DNA from: a virus
Taxonomy: Duplodnaviria; Caudoviricetes
IMG/VR virus record: IMGVR_UViG_3300028797_000124
Span: 53,791 to 117,790 of that record
Strand: one strand, 5' to 3'
Length of the DNA: 64,000 nt
Position 1 is the first letter of the stretch. Every line of letters begins with the position of its first letter. Below the pieces are notes generated by a model. That model was not told the origin of the DNA. It did no database searches and was given only the letters and a program-made list of their open reading frames with translations. Below, piece by piece: positions 1-10,708 of this stretch. A program made the position numbers and the translations under genes.

Positions 1-2169
1 ACGATGTCCTTGCCAGTAAACATTCGTGTCACCCGTTACAAGTATAGGCTCCCACAGTTTACCCAGACCTTCTCCCCATATACTATCTTCACCATAGTAT
101 CTGAGATTGCTACCAGAAGCAACTGTGATAGGAAGCTGGATCTCCTGTTCATCAACAGAAGACATATCTTCAATCCAGAATATGCCGTTGAGCGTCCAAG
201 TACCATCATCAGCTTGAGCTTTACTCTTTACACAGAAATATGTATTATCAGGATCAAACTGTAGAGTCTTTCCATCGTAATTGTTCAAAGGAAGCAGCGG
301 GATATCAGAAGCCAGATCATCAAGTGGTTTATTAAAGTATTTCCACATTGCCGCAGAGAATATCGGAGGAACCGCATTCTGTTGAACGTTCTTTACCAAA
401 GGAGAACCATCAAGCCATTCCGCAACAGTTGGTGAAATGTATGTGGTTACCTTATAGAAGTTTTCCTGATATGTTCTTTGAACGTTCATGATGATTGGAG
501 TTGCATGGTATACTGCAGAAGCATCCTCATTATTATCATCGGAAACTTTACTCATCTCAGTCTTTGGAATGAGTGAGCATGTTACATAATCATTGATCCA
601 TGGATTAAAGTATCCGATTGCAAAAGGATCTTTCTGAATACGGATACCGAAAGGATTAGCAAAGATAAACTTCTCACCAATCTTGGCGGTAGAGTTTGCC
701 TTCTCAACAGTGATCTTTCCTTCGCCAGTATACGGAACGACCGTGTGCTTGTTTTCACCATAAACCCACAACCATCCGGGAGGAATGATTATCTCATTAT
801 TGTTGATGCTGTTGTTATTGTTTGCATATAACACATCATAGTTGATCTTACCATGGAGAGTGTTTGTTCTGTAAACATAATCATCGTCATCTTTCAGAGC
901 GATGAAACCAGACCAGATTCTACCCCATGGATCATCTCTTCTCTTGTAGAAGAAAGGATACAAAACGTTCTTGAAATAGAATGTCTTGAAGTACTCATCC
1001 AGATCATGATCTGTTGCGATCTGATTTGCTGTGTTGTATGCTTCAATGGTTTCTCTACGAACAGTCTCAATGTTACCAATGTTGGTACCACCCATACTTC
1101 CTGAGATTACGAATGCAGCCTTCATGACATTTCCGTTGTTTGAATAACGATTAGATGCTGTGATAACCTGAGGCTGATCATATCCTCCATAACCCATGAA
1201 CTGTTCACTCTTGTTTCCGTCGTTATCAAACGCAGTAAAGTTTGCAGCTTCACCATGGCAGGTATAAATGGTAATCTCATATGAAGAGTTTACCTTTGGA
1301 ACGAAATACTTCGAACCGTTTAACTGCCACATGAAACGGATTGTCTGGGGATTGTCCATGATGTAGTGAACATATGGATCAGTATCCTTAACAGAATCAT
1401 GTATCGGAAGAATATGATCATGAGGAATCCACTGTTCATTTCCTTTGCCATCAATATACTTGATATCAAATCCAGCGATATGATTCAAACAGCTTATAAC
1501 AGTATCCTGATTAGGAATACCATTTGCCATATTATTGACAACCGTGTGAACCTGACGTTCATACTCAGAAGCTTGAACAAGCAAACAAAGCCAAGTATCA
1601 GTAACACGATATATGATGTATGTATCTTTATTCTTTGCAACTGAGTTGAGCTGATCCTTATTAGTATACTGAACATTCCATGCTTGAACGGCATTCTCGA
1701 GAGTTGTCGTTTCGATGTTCTTGTACTGAATAAGGATATCATAATCAAGAGAATACACACTTCCGTTTGAAAGGTTGAACTTTGTATCCTTGTCAAGTGT
1801 GAATTCATATAAGCCGTTATCAGCGTTTAATACGGCATTGTTGTGTATGTCTTCAATCTTCAATTCGAGGAGGAAGTTACATGAAGACGGAATCGCAAAC
1901 GAATAACCGATGTTGAATATAGCAGCCTCAGCGTATATAGAATCCGCCAATACAGCTTTTGTTATAAACGATTCATTGAAGTAGAATGATGATGTGAACG
2001 CCATCTGTTCGATACCCTGAGACATATACTCAGTTATCATTGATAAACTACCGGTGTTCAATACATTCAAAGGAATTTCTTTAAACACTCTTGGTGCAAG
2101 AACACCTTGGATGTACTGTTTTATTTTGGAATCATCCGAATAGTTTTGCAGCATGATTTCATCAGCCAT
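1..2169 (-). CDS. Baseplate wedge protein (T4 gp6-like), runs off the left edge of the window
   Basis: Not in the ORF track. ATG at 2169 after a GAGG RBS; translates MADEIMLQNYSDDSKIKQYIQGVLAP...FYFNESFITKAVLADSIYAEAAIFNIGYSFAIPS, resembling the NExFxxxA..SI...A...GY motif of gp6/baseplate-J proteins. Confidence 0.65.
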   Translation of the reverse strand, partial: MADEIMLQNYSDDSKIKQYIQGVLAPRVFKEIPLNVLNTGSLSMITEYMSQGIEQMAFTSSFYFNESFITKAVLADSIYAEAAIFNIGYSFAIPSSCNFLLELKIEDIHNNAVLNADNGLYEFTLDKDTKFNLSNGSVYSLDYDILIQYKNIETTTLENAVQAWNVQYTNKDQLNSVAKNKDTYIIYRVTDTWLCLLVQASEYERQVHTVVNNMANGIPNQDTVISCLNHIAGFDIKYIDGKGNEQWIPHDHILPIHDSVKDTDPYVHYIMDNPQTIRFMWQLNGSKYFVPKVNSSYEITIYTCHGEAANFTAFDNDGNKSEQFMGYGGYDQPQVITASNRYSNNGNVMKAAFVISGSMGGTNIGNIETVRRETIEAYNTANQIATDHDLDEYFKTFYFKNVLYPFFYKRRDDPWGRIWSGFIALKDDDDYVYRTNTLHGKINYDVLYANNNNSINNNEIIIPPGWLWVYGENKHTVVPYTGEGKITVEKANSTAKIGEKFIFANPFGIRIQKDPFAIGYFNPWINDYVTCSLIPKTEMSKVSDDNNEDASAVYHATPIIMNVQRTYQENFYKVTTYISPTVAEWLDGSPLVKNVQQNAVPPIFSAAMWKYFNKPLDDLASDIPLLPLNNYDGKTLQFDPDNTYFCVKSKAQADDGTWTLNGIFWIEDMSSVDEQEIQLPITVASGSNLRYYGEDSIWGEGLGKLWEPILVTGDTNVYWQGHR

Positions 2170-2309
2170 TTCAATTACCTCACTTTCTTATAGTCTTCAT
2201 ACCGTCGAAAACCTCACGGTAATGTTCGAGCGCAAGATTATACCGAACGTATGTTACGAAAATGTCCATGATGTTTTCGTTCAAATATTATAATAAGGAG
2301 GAATAAATC

Positions 2310-5300
2310 ATGGCTCAAGATAAAGTTCAGCTCAAACGTGAAGAAGTCGTTGGAAATGATGTTGTGTTGCAGGATATAAATCCTAAGACCAAGACCAATT
2401 CCATTACAGATTCTGCCAAAGGAGTTCCGTTAGATCAGACTCTTGCATTGATCAAGAACATGATTAACAACAAACTCTCACGAGTTGTAAACTCTGTGAA
2501 TGGCAAAACTGGTATTGTTATACTTGATGCAAATGATGTTGGTCTTGGAAATGTTGACAACATTTCTTTCGGCGATATCAAGCGTTGGGTTATAGAATAT
2601 TTGGGTGATATCTTCGGTTCGAAGAGAATAATCCTCAGGGACTACCTCTCCCAGATTCATGAGATACTCGGCACGAATGACAAGATCTACGCAGATACTC
2701 CATTCTATGCCCAGGCTGGCGATGCGACGAACAATGACTTCATCGCATACATCGGTTACATATATTGGGATGAAACTACATCCTCATTGAGAGAGGAACA
2801 CAAGGAAATCAAGGTCATTGGTTTCACTGACGAGTCTCTCGTATACAATACAAACTGTGATATCGATCCGTATCATCCTGATGATCACAGGAATCTTTCA
2901 GGTGGTGGACTTGCTGTAAACATCTGGTCTAAGGAGGATGCCCTCAAGATCAGGCGTGCTGAGGGTCTCTTTACAAGAGACGGGTATGATCCTGCTGTTC
3001 TTAATGACACGGGTCTTTATATCGATAAGAGTAAAGTTGTTCCCAATGTATACTTCTTCGATGGAGTATATGGAACTCTTACGGGTGAAGGTACCGGTAT
3101 GCACAATATTGATGCTCTCGTATATTGGTCAAACGACCCACATGATACTACCGAAAGCAACCTTCCAATTCTCAATATCACGATAAATGGTCAGGCAATC
3201 GGAATGACATCGACTGCGGGTGGAGATCCTGTATACACGCTTCATCATCCATCTGATCTTCCTCTTAAAGTTGGAGATATCATTCTCACAAACTTTGCTT
3301 TCGATCAGTATATCAATCCCGATGATGCATCTCACAGAGAAAATGTTCTTTACCCAAGAATGCTTGACTCGTTGACATGCCGTCAACCTTCTCTCGGTGT
3401 TGTAACTCAGGTTGCTGATACAACTAATGATACGCCGTGTATAATCGATTTTAAACCACGAAGACCAAACGTTGGTCACGGCTTGAAACTGATTATAACC
3501 GACAGTGCTTCTGGAGTTGGTCCGGAAGATTCTGAGATTGGACTTGATCTCATGGAAGGTACTATTACAATGGGTGATGGCACTAATATTGATACCAATG
3601 ATGGAAACAATGTTTCGGGTATCAATGCTATAGACAAACATGATCCAATATCCAGATCTCCTCGTAGTTCTCAGGCAAAGCATCTGTACACTGTATATCC
3701 AACCGGAAAGAGTTCGGATTTGATCGGTGGAAGCATCGATGTAGATTCATCATTCATTCTTCCAAATTTCTCAATGTGCATAATTCCATCGGCCCTTAAT
3801 AAAGCTTCGAGTGAACCAGCGATCAAGAACTGGAATCCTACATCACCAATGTCAAACACTCATGCTGGTGAAGTTCTCGGTAACGCCCGCAAGTTTAACA
3901 TGGTTGGTGTGAACCTTGCAAAGGTTATTATGGATACAAATGTTGGTGATGATGATCACGCATTTGCAAGAAATGTTTCCGGTCTGAGAGTTAATACAAG
4001 TGATGACTTATTCGACGATGAGTGGTATGGATATGGTTCAGGTATAGATACTATACCAAACTATCTGACATCTGGTGGTATCTCTGTTAACGTCGGCGAC
4101 TTCCTTGGAATAGGCACACCAACAGAACTTTCAGCAGCTCCTGCTGAAAAAGGTAGCTACTATAACGAGGGTAAAGTCAATGTACGTATTGACAGAATGC
4201 AAGGTCTTAACGGTGTTGCTGGAAACAGGCTTGCTGTTAATATCGCCGGTGGATATTCATACGCTCCGGAAGGGATTACGCATAACTGGCTTGAGGGTGG
4301 TCTCACATTTGTTGATGGTGGTACCCGCGCTCCCGCTCAGGGTGTTCTTGCAGTTAATACCGCAGAGGAGGCTTCTGGTCTTGGTATTAAGAACTCATAT
4401 AGAGTCAATGTTAGACATACCAACTGGGGTAATCGTATAATGGCTGACACTTTCAACAACGTTCTGGTTGTTAAACCTGCCAAGTTTACCGAATCTTCGA
4501 CAGAAAGGGCATCACTTACAAAGTCTGGTCTTGAGGTTCACAAACAGATTCAAGAAGAAGATTTTGCAAATAAGATAACATTCACAAACATATACAATCA
4601 GAGAATGTGGTTATCTGAAGGACAACTCCATGACGATATAGTCCAGAACCCATCCAACTTTGATACTACTCACATATACATCGCGGGAGGAAAGCGTTTC
4701 ATATATGCTGAACCTCAAGGACAACAAACAGAAATAAGTTTGTTCATGTACTACTCGGATGAATCCGAATATAACGCGATTCTCACATGGATTAGAACAG
4801 GAAATGATTCTGATGTTCCGGATGCAACCTGGCCCATCCACGGATATACACTCACACCAAATGAACACACAACAGCAAATGATGAATGTCTGGCAATTCT
4901 TCGGAGACAGTGTCATGTGTTGATCGAGGAATATCCAAGTATATCGAATGATACCAGATATAGACTAAAGGCTTCTATTTCCGAACCAACAACATCTGCA
5001 GATCTTCGTTTTCCAGATCTTGATCACGATGGCAATGTTGATGCTACAGAGGCATCATCTGTACTTGCTTATTTCTCATTCTTAGTTACGGTTACGCGAG
5101 TATACTCAACTACAGTCGGTGGTCAAAAGGTGTTCTACACAGATCCAGGACTGACCACTCCACTCGAACCCGTTGTGGGCAGAGGATACATGGATATGAA
5201 TGATTATCTGGAGGATTCGGAACACGCAGGACACATATATTATATGCCATATAATGCGGTAAAGGATCCAGGATCTGATATCGTATATCTTAAGAAGTAC

Positions 5301-6116
5301 GAATTCGATCCGGGTAGATCAGCAACACTTCAGGATGTTATGTATGCCGATGTTGATAGAGACGGTCGTATTGATGCTGTAGATGGATCCCGCATATTGA
5401 CATACTATGCAAACTGTTCATCCGGAAAGTATCCTGGTATGACAGCGGAAGAATCATGGCGGGAATATCTAAGAGAAGCTATGGGTATCATTGTTGGTAG
5501 TGGTGCCCGTGAGGTTTATCAAGTATTGGATATGATATACGATCCAGGTGTTCGCGTTAGATATAATGAACAGAAGGGTCTTACAACATTCCCCAACTAC
5601 TTTGGAAACACAGCGTATGATACTCAGACACTCATGGAAAATGATATGAAGGATGCGCTTGCGATAAAGATTGCGGATACCACTTCGGGTATGTTTGAAT
5701 TCGATCCTGCTACTGCAGGTGGTTTGAGATTTGGTTCCAATGGATATCTTGCCGTAAGAGTCAACAACAACAATCATTATTCATCAATCCTTCCAATCAA
5801 AAACAATCCAGCACATATTGATGATCTCAGCACAGGTTCTCGTGGTCTGAGAATATATAATACTGATAGTGCTTTCAATGTACTCGGTATTCAACTCTCA
5901 AGAGACGGATCTCTCGATAATGGTGAACTGAAGATCGATGCCCAGGGATGCCTTAGACTTTCTGGAGCAATCCGCCCAGATGTTAAGAAACTTAAATTCA
6001 AATGCGGTGCACAAGAAGTTGAGTACGATGGTAACGATGAAGTTACTATCGAATTTGGTCCGGGTATGATCGTTACGGAACACAGCATAACATCAGAAGC
6101 ACATTCACAACTTTAA
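2310..6116 (+). CDS. Tail fibre / receptor-binding protein with an embedded dockerin-like domain
   Basis: AAGGAGG RBS; N-terminal phage tail repeat VNSVNGKTGIVILDANDVGLGNVDN; repeated G-L-x-V beta-shaft motifs; two EF-hand dockerin repeats DLDHDGNVDATEASSVLAYFS and DVDRDGRIDAVDGSRILTYYA. Confidence 0.65.
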   Translation: MAQDKVQLKREEVVGNDVVLQDINPKTKTNSITDSAKGVPLDQTLALIKNMINNKLSRVVNSVNGKTGIVILDANDVGLGNVDNISFGDIKRWVIEYLGDIFGSKRIILRDYLSQIHEILGTNDKIYADTPFYAQAGDATNNDFIAYIGYIYWDETTSSLREEHKEIKVIGFTDESLVYNTNCDIDPYHPDDHRNLSGGGLAVNIWSKEDALKIRRAEGLFTRDGYDPAVLNDTGLYIDKSKVVPNVYFFDGVYGTLTGEGTGMHNIDALVYWSNDPHDTTESNLPILNITINGQAIGMTSTAGGDPVYTLHHPSDLPLKVGDIILTNFAFDQYINPDDASHRENVLYPRMLDSLTCRQPSLGVVTQVADTTNDTPCIIDFKPRRPNVGHGLKLIITDSASGVGPEDSEIGLDLMEGTITMGDGTNIDTNDGNNVSGINAIDKHDPISRSPRSSQAKHLYTVYPTGKSSDLIGGSIDVDSSFILPNFSMCIIPSALNKASSEPAIKNWNPTSPMSNTHAGEVLGNARKFNMVGVNLAKVIMDTNVGDDDHAFARNVSGLRVNTSDDLFDDEWYGYGSGIDTIPNYLTSGGISVNVGDFLGIGTPTELSAAPAEKGSYYNEGKVNVRIDRMQGLNGVAGNRLAVNIAGGYSYAPEGITHNWLEGGLTFVDGGTRAPAQGVLAVNTAEEASGLGIKNSYRVNVRHTNWGNRIMADTFNNVLVVKPAKFTESSTERASLTKSGLEVHKQIQEEDFANKITFTNIYNQRMWLSEGQLHDDIVQNPSNFDTTHIYIAGGKRFIYAEPQGQQTEISLFMYYSDESEYNAILTWIRTGNDSDVPDATWPIHGYTLTPNEHTTANDECLAILRRQCHVLIEEYPSISNDTRYRLKASISEPTTSADLRFPDLDHDGNVDATEASSVLAYFSFLVTVTRVYSTTVGGQKVFYTDPGLTTPLEPVVGRGYMDMNDYLEDSEHAGHIYYMPYNAVKDPGSDIVYLKKYEFDPGRSATLQDVMYADVDRDGRIDAVDGSRILTYYANCSSGKYPGMTAEESWREYLREAMGIIVGSGAREVYQVLDMIYDPGVRVRYNEQKGLTTFPNYFGNTAYDTQTLMENDMKDALAIKIADTTSGMFEFDPATAGGLRFGSNGYLAVRVNNNNHYSSILPIKNNPAHIDDLSTGSRGLRIYNTDSAFNVLGIQLSRDGSLDNGELKIDAQGCLRLSGAIRPDVKKLKFKCGAQEVEYDGNDEVTIEFGPGMIVTEHSITSEAHSQL

Positions 6117-6127
6117 GGAGGTAGCAT

Positions 6128-6622
6128 ATGTCCGAAACTGTCAAAATGACTCTTAATCTGGACAACTCCCTCGAATATGCGGATGGAGGCTCGGGTCCTT
6201 TAAGAGTAAAGAAATCTCTGAAGTCGGGAAATACTTTATCATTTGAATCAGATGGATTATATGCAGAAGCAATACCAGGACAGCCCGGTTCCACAGGAAC
6301 CGGGTATCCTGATAACTATCGCTCTGCGAACGGTGTAATGTCAGGTGTTGCAACTCCAGAAAGTATGAACTCGGTACCGAAAAGAATGGTTGGTCCAAGT
6401 ATAATGCATCGTATATTTACAGCTTCAAGTCCAGATGGTTCGGACATACAACTCAGAACTATCGATAGAGTATATCCTGGCGATTTGTATCGCGTAAAAG
6501 ATACAACACATGGCAATTGGAATTATTACATAATCACAAAGGTTGCGTCAGACAACAGAGTTGTTACTGGTCATACTGGTGAGGTGGCTATAATTCCTTT
6601 AACACAAGAAGACGTAAACTAA
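6128..6622 (+). CDS. Small tail-fibre-associated protein
   Basis: AAGGAGG RBS; N-terminus similar to the next two genes; follows the fibre gene. Confidence 0.5.
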   Translation: MSETVKMTLNLDNSLEYADGGSGPLRVKKSLKSGNTLSFESDGLYAEAIPGQPGSTGTGYPDNYRSANGVMSGVATPESMNSVPKRMVGPSIMHRIFTASSPDGSDIQLRTIDRVYPGDLYRVKDTTHGNWNYYIITKVASDNRVVTGHTGEVAIIPLTQEDVN

Positions 6623-6635
6623 AGGAGGTGTTTAT

Positions 6636-7031
6636 ATGCCGGAGACAATTAAGATTACTTTAGATCCCGATGGTCAGTCTATTGGATTCAGCAACAATTC
6701 AATGGTACTTAAATTGTCAGCTAAAGCAAACAACGGTCTTTCATTTTCAGACGGTAAGTTGGTTGCAACAAAAGCTCCCGATGGTTCAGGAGGTTCTGGT
6801 GGTACTATGAACACTCCTGGAAATGCAATAGGTCCTGTAGATGCGACGGAGAACACATCTCTTAATACGGTGGGTTTCAATTCTACGGTTTCTCGCCACA
6901 AGAAATATACCGGAACGAATTCTTGGCTTCAAACAAATGATGGTCCGGTTATGACAAAGAACTCGAATGGTCAGATGGTACCAAATGGATCTATTGCACA
7001 TTACATGATATTGCACGCAACAGGAGGTTGA
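6636..7031 (+). CDS. Small tail-fibre-associated protein
   Basis: AAGGAGG RBS; LKLSAKANNGLSFSDGKL shaft-like motif and GSGG linker. Confidence 0.5.
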   Translation: MPETIKITLDPDGQSIGFSNNSMVLKLSAKANNGLSFSDGKLVATKAPDGSGGSGGTMNTPGNAIGPVDATENTSLNTVGFNSTVSRHKKYTGTNSWLQTNDGPVMTKNSNGQMVPNGSIAHYMILHATGG

Positions 7032-7035
7032 TGAC

Positions 7036-7761
7036 ATGTCAGAAAAGATAGTTATCGGTCTTGACCTCAACAACGGACTTCACGTTGATAGTGAAGATAA
7101 AGTTGGAGTTTACTATGAACAAAACGGAAACATGCATCTCGAAACAGACCCCGACCCAACAGACGGTAAGAATGGTATATACGTTGAAAATCTGAATGGT
7201 GCTGATGGTTCAGGTGGTGCTTCAAGATATGACGGTTGGACTATGAAGCCAGGTACTGGTTGGAATCTGAATGATTCAAGTCAGACTATAAATAATTTCA
7301 TAGATATGGATAGAGATGTTGTAAATCTCATATTCACATTCGGTCTATATAAAGTAACTACCCGCCACCCTACATCTATCTCATACAGTTCAGCTGTTAA
7401 AGATGTTCGTGCAATATGTAATGAAATTGTTGCACCTGTATACTACTCTCCTTCAAGCTATACCAGTTTCAAACCTGGAGCAGGAGAGTTGATCCAGCTT
7501 GTAAAGAATCCAACATTCAGAACGGTTCCATACACTGGAGGAACTGGTTCAACAATTGCTGTTGAAAGTGGCAATCGTATTGGAAACGACAATCTGGAAA
7601 CAGCAGTAATGTTCGTGATTATGGATATCGCATATTCACCCAATAACATCTACTGGGTAACAAGCATGAACCTGTGCTGTATATATTCAACCGTATCAGA
7701 CTTTGTGGTTGGTCAGAGTTATTCGGGATCACAATTATTCCAGCCACCTGGTTACGTATAA
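7036..7761 (+). CDS. Tail-fibre-associated protein
   Basis: GGAGG RBS; similar N-terminal motif and DGSGG linker. Confidence 0.5.
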   Translation: MSEKIVIGLDLNNGLHVDSEDKVGVYYEQNGNMHLETDPDPTDGKNGIYVENLNGADGSGGASRYDGWTMKPGTGWNLNDSSQTINNFIDMDRDVVNLIFTFGLYKVTTRHPTSISYSSAVKDVRAICNEIVAPVYYSPSSYTSFKPGAGELIQLVKNPTFRTVPYTGGTGSTIAVESGNRIGNDNLETAVMFVIMDIAYSPNNIYWVTSMNLCCIYSTVSDFVVGQSYSGSQLFQPPGYV

Positions 7762-7774
7762 GGAGGAAAAATCC

Positions 7775-9097
7775 ATGGAAATAAAAGATTATTTATCTTT
7801 TAAAGATGCCCATGAGAAACACGGCCTTCGTGGTCATGTTCAGGTATTCCGTGAGAACATGGAAACCGGCGAAGTTTCTCTGTGGGAAGAGAGTGATAAT
7901 ATAATCCCGATATCAGGATATCAGTGGATACTGATGAAGATGTTCGGTCTTTATCTCGACTCTAAACATGATCCTTCAGATGCTTCAAGATATGAAGTTA
8001 TCGATAAGGATTCTACAATAGCGATACCTGATCTCAATGCAAGAACCTCGTTGCCAATCGGTAAGAGTGTAAGCAATTACACTACAATGACAGATGATAT
8101 TTCTGCAAATCACTTCTGTCAAGGTTTCATGATTGGTAACGGTGGTGGTGCAGAAGATGGAATCACTACTAAGAATACGGACTATTCGTTCGTAGCTCTC
8201 AGAAACCCAATCCCATTCCAGCAGTCAAACTCCGATGGACTTCCTGCAAGCTTAGCAGGACAGTATCTCGGTGTACTGAATGGATCTGCCACAAACAATA
8301 CCGAGGGTATGGCAAAGTCTTACTACATCAAGAAGTTTGACGAGCGTCCGCACATCTACCATTCATGGTGGCGTGATAATCAGAAGTGGGATTATGTTGA
8401 TCCCGTTTCTACAACTGATCTCGGTCCTAATGCTACAACGGCAGCTAAGACAAATCGTATTGAGACATATATCGAGTGTAAACTCTCACTGTCAGATGAT
8501 GACTGCTTCTCATACTTCTCAAACGAGGGCAATACAGAAACACCTGCAATCAACGAGCTTGGTCTTGTTGCATTCGATGCTGATTCTGGCGCACGTTCTA
8601 CTCTCGAAGATCTCTACAGTAAAGATATCAAACAGCTGATATCTTTTATCTTTGATAACAATCGTTCAGCTCAGGTTCTTCCCGAGATTGTACGTCTTAC
8701 TGCAGAGATACTTAATGCATTGGATAATGTGCCTTCAGGTGGATCAAATGTACCGATCTCATCTTTCGGCAATACAAATATCAATGCATTTGTTGATACA
8801 TTGAGACAGCTGTCTGGTGAAACTGTTGAAACTCTCGAAGATCCAACAGTGCTTGAAGGTTATCAGGAACAGCTCTCAAATGTCAACAACATTGAAGTTA
8901 CGGCTTACTACAATCAGAAGCATGAGTTCATATATGAAGAAGATAAGTTCGTATACTATCTTTCTTCTGCAGAGTTCGATACTTTGACAACTGATGAAGC
9001 TCAGCGTATCAAGCTTGTAACTTACTATACATTCAATTCTATTCCTCTCCAGAAAAACTGGAGAACGCTCATCAACTACAGAATCTACGCTAACTAA
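7775..9097 (+). CDS. Virion structural (tail/baseplate) protein
   Basis: Start moved to ATG 7775 behind AAGGAGG; motifs LRGHVQVFRE, NII, INELGLV and terminal INYRIY typical of fibre-collar/baseplate proteins. Confidence 0.5.
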   Translation: MEIKDYLSFKDAHEKHGLRGHVQVFRENMETGEVSLWEESDNIIPISGYQWILMKMFGLYLDSKHDPSDASRYEVIDKDSTIAIPDLNARTSLPIGKSVSNYTTMTDDISANHFCQGFMIGNGGGAEDGITTKNTDYSFVALRNPIPFQQSNSDGLPASLAGQYLGVLNGSATNNTEGMAKSYYIKKFDERPHIYHSWWRDNQKWDYVDPVSTTDLGPNATTAAKTNRIETYIECKLSLSDDDCFSYFSNEGNTETPAINELGLVAFDADSGARSTLEDLYSKDIKQLISFIFDNNRSAQVLPEIVRLTAEILNALDNVPSGGSNVPISSFGNTNINAFVDTLRQLSGETVETLEDPTVLEGYQEQLSNVNNIEVTAYYNQKHEFIYEEDKFVYYLSSAEFDTLTTDEAQRIKLVTYYTFNSIPLQKNWRTLINYRIYAN

Positions 9098-9112
9098 GAA
9101 GGGGGTATTGTC

Positions 9113-9697
9113 ATGGGTGACAATCATGAAAATGTCAATACTCTCCTCAAGGAAGCTGGTTCAAGAGTTGCAGAGCTGGTTGCGGCGACTGTAGATCTAT
9201 ATAAGAAAATCAAATGGCGGGTTGTGAAGATTGAGATTCCGATTGTACCGGAACCTTCACACCGCCCCCGCTTGTCGGGTTATCGTGTATATGTCCCTGG
9301 TGCTGCTAAGAACCAGAGATTTTTCAACAAACATGTTCTCCCCAAGTTGCATGATTTGTTCATAACAAAACCATGCAGAGTTGATCTTGACATATATTGT
9401 CCAACTCCAAAGTCTTTCAACCGTACTCAAAAGATTATTGCGGAGATGGGTCTCCTTCGTCCATGGGTAAATACTGGAGATGTCGACAACTATGCTAAGG
9501 CTGCGTTGGACATGATCCAGCCAAACGAGAAAAGAGGACACATCGGAATAATGGAGAATGACTGTCTTGTGTACGAAATGGTCTCAAGAAAGTTCTACTC
9601 AGTTAACCCACGTTATGAGATGACAATCACATACATGGGTGAGATACCATCCGAAATAATGAAATTACTACGTTTGAAAGGAGACGATGAATTATGA
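9113..9697 (+). CDS. rusA: RusA-family Holliday junction resolvase
   Basis: PEPSHRPR, GDVDNYAKAALD and NDCLV motifs correspond to the RusA catalytic Asp/Lys pattern. Confidence 0.75.
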   Translation: MGDNHENVNTLLKEAGSRVAELVAATVDLYKKIKWRVVKIEIPIVPEPSHRPRLSGYRVYVPGAAKNQRFFNKHVLPKLHDLFITKPCRVDLDIYCPTPKSFNRTQKIIAEMGLLRPWVNTGDVDNYAKAALDMIQPNEKRGHIGIMENDCLVYEMVSRKFYSVNPRYEMTITYMGEIPSEIMKLLRLKGDDEL

Positions 9698-10707
9698 CAC
9701 TGACGGAAGAGATTCTGGACAATATCGATGCATATCGTATGGAAAGCCTTGTTGCCGAAGGTGCGGTTATCAAAGCACATATGGAAGCATGCATGCGCGA
9801 TATCCAGATACAGGAAGAATATTCTGAGCTGGGCATTATCACGGAAAGCGATAAATGGGATGGAAACATCATACCCAAACGAGATGGTGAGAATATCTTA
9901 AAATACATATTCTTTTTCATCCCTCGTTTGATCATAAATTTCTGCAGGAAAATCAAAGAATGGTGGAGCAATCGCAAAGCTGAAGCCGAGAGCAAGGCTG
10001 TTGCTGAGATGGATGAGAAATCCATGAGTAAGGTTGCCCAGTATGCCGGACAGATATGTGCTAAGATTAATTCTTCCATAAAGGGTGGCGGTCATCTTGA
10101 ATATAATGGCCATGGCTTCTCATATATGACCAGGATAAAAAGACCTGCTTCTGTACTTGACACATACAAAATGTTTGAAGAACGTTTCACCAGATACAAG
10201 GACGTTGTGAAAACATTCATTGAACAGACATCTGGTGGGGTGGCTTTAAACCCGACAGACACTAATAATTATTTGATAACAGAACTCGAGTCAGGTTCGC
10301 CGGCAATAACAGACCTTTGTGCAGAAGACTACACGATTCCTATATCTGAGGAGGGGTATGTCGAAAACTATCCGAAGATTAAGAAGAACGTAATTCAGCT
10401 TTCCAATAATACAATAAAAGCTATGCAAGAAGTTGAAAACATGTACAAACTCGTTCTTGCCCATCCAAATATGTCTGGTGATAATAAGATTCTTGCAACT
10501 CGATATATGAAGCTTGTTGAAAAGATTTATAATGTCTTCGTAAGATTCGAGAATGTTGTGAATGAGGATTTACATAATGCAAACAACGCATTCAAAAATA
10601 AGAACGCCATGATTCTCAAGTTGAGAAAGAAGATTCTTGAAGATCAAGAAACACCTACGGCAAGAGAAGACATGGAAGAAAAATTAGATAAGTGGGGTGT
10701 AAAGTAA
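9694..10707 (+). CDS. Putative internal head protein (paralog of 44113..45363)
   Basis: IITE-S processing-like site; shares ENI...FIPRLI block with the 44113 gene. Confidence 0.5.
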   Translation: MTLTEEILDNIDAYRMESLVAEGAVIKAHMEACMRDIQIQEEYSELGIITESDKWDGNIIPKRDGENILKYIFFFIPRLIINFCRKIKEWWSNRKAEAESKAVAEMDEKSMSKVAQYAGQICAKINSSIKGGGHLEYNGHGFSYMTRIKRPASVLDTYKMFEERFTRYKDVVKTFIEQTSGGVALNPTDTNNYLITELESGSPAITDLCAEDYTIPISEEGYVENYPKIKKNVIQLSNNTIKAMQEVENMYKLVLAHPNMSGDNKILATRYMKLVEKIYNVFVRFENVVNEDLHNANNAFKNKNAMILKLRKKILEDQETPTAREDMEEKLDKWGVK

Positions 10708-10708
10708 T

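Noticed and set aside
4-1808. Short ORFs in the track at the left end
   Set aside because: Shadows of the long minus-strand baseplate gene 1..2169
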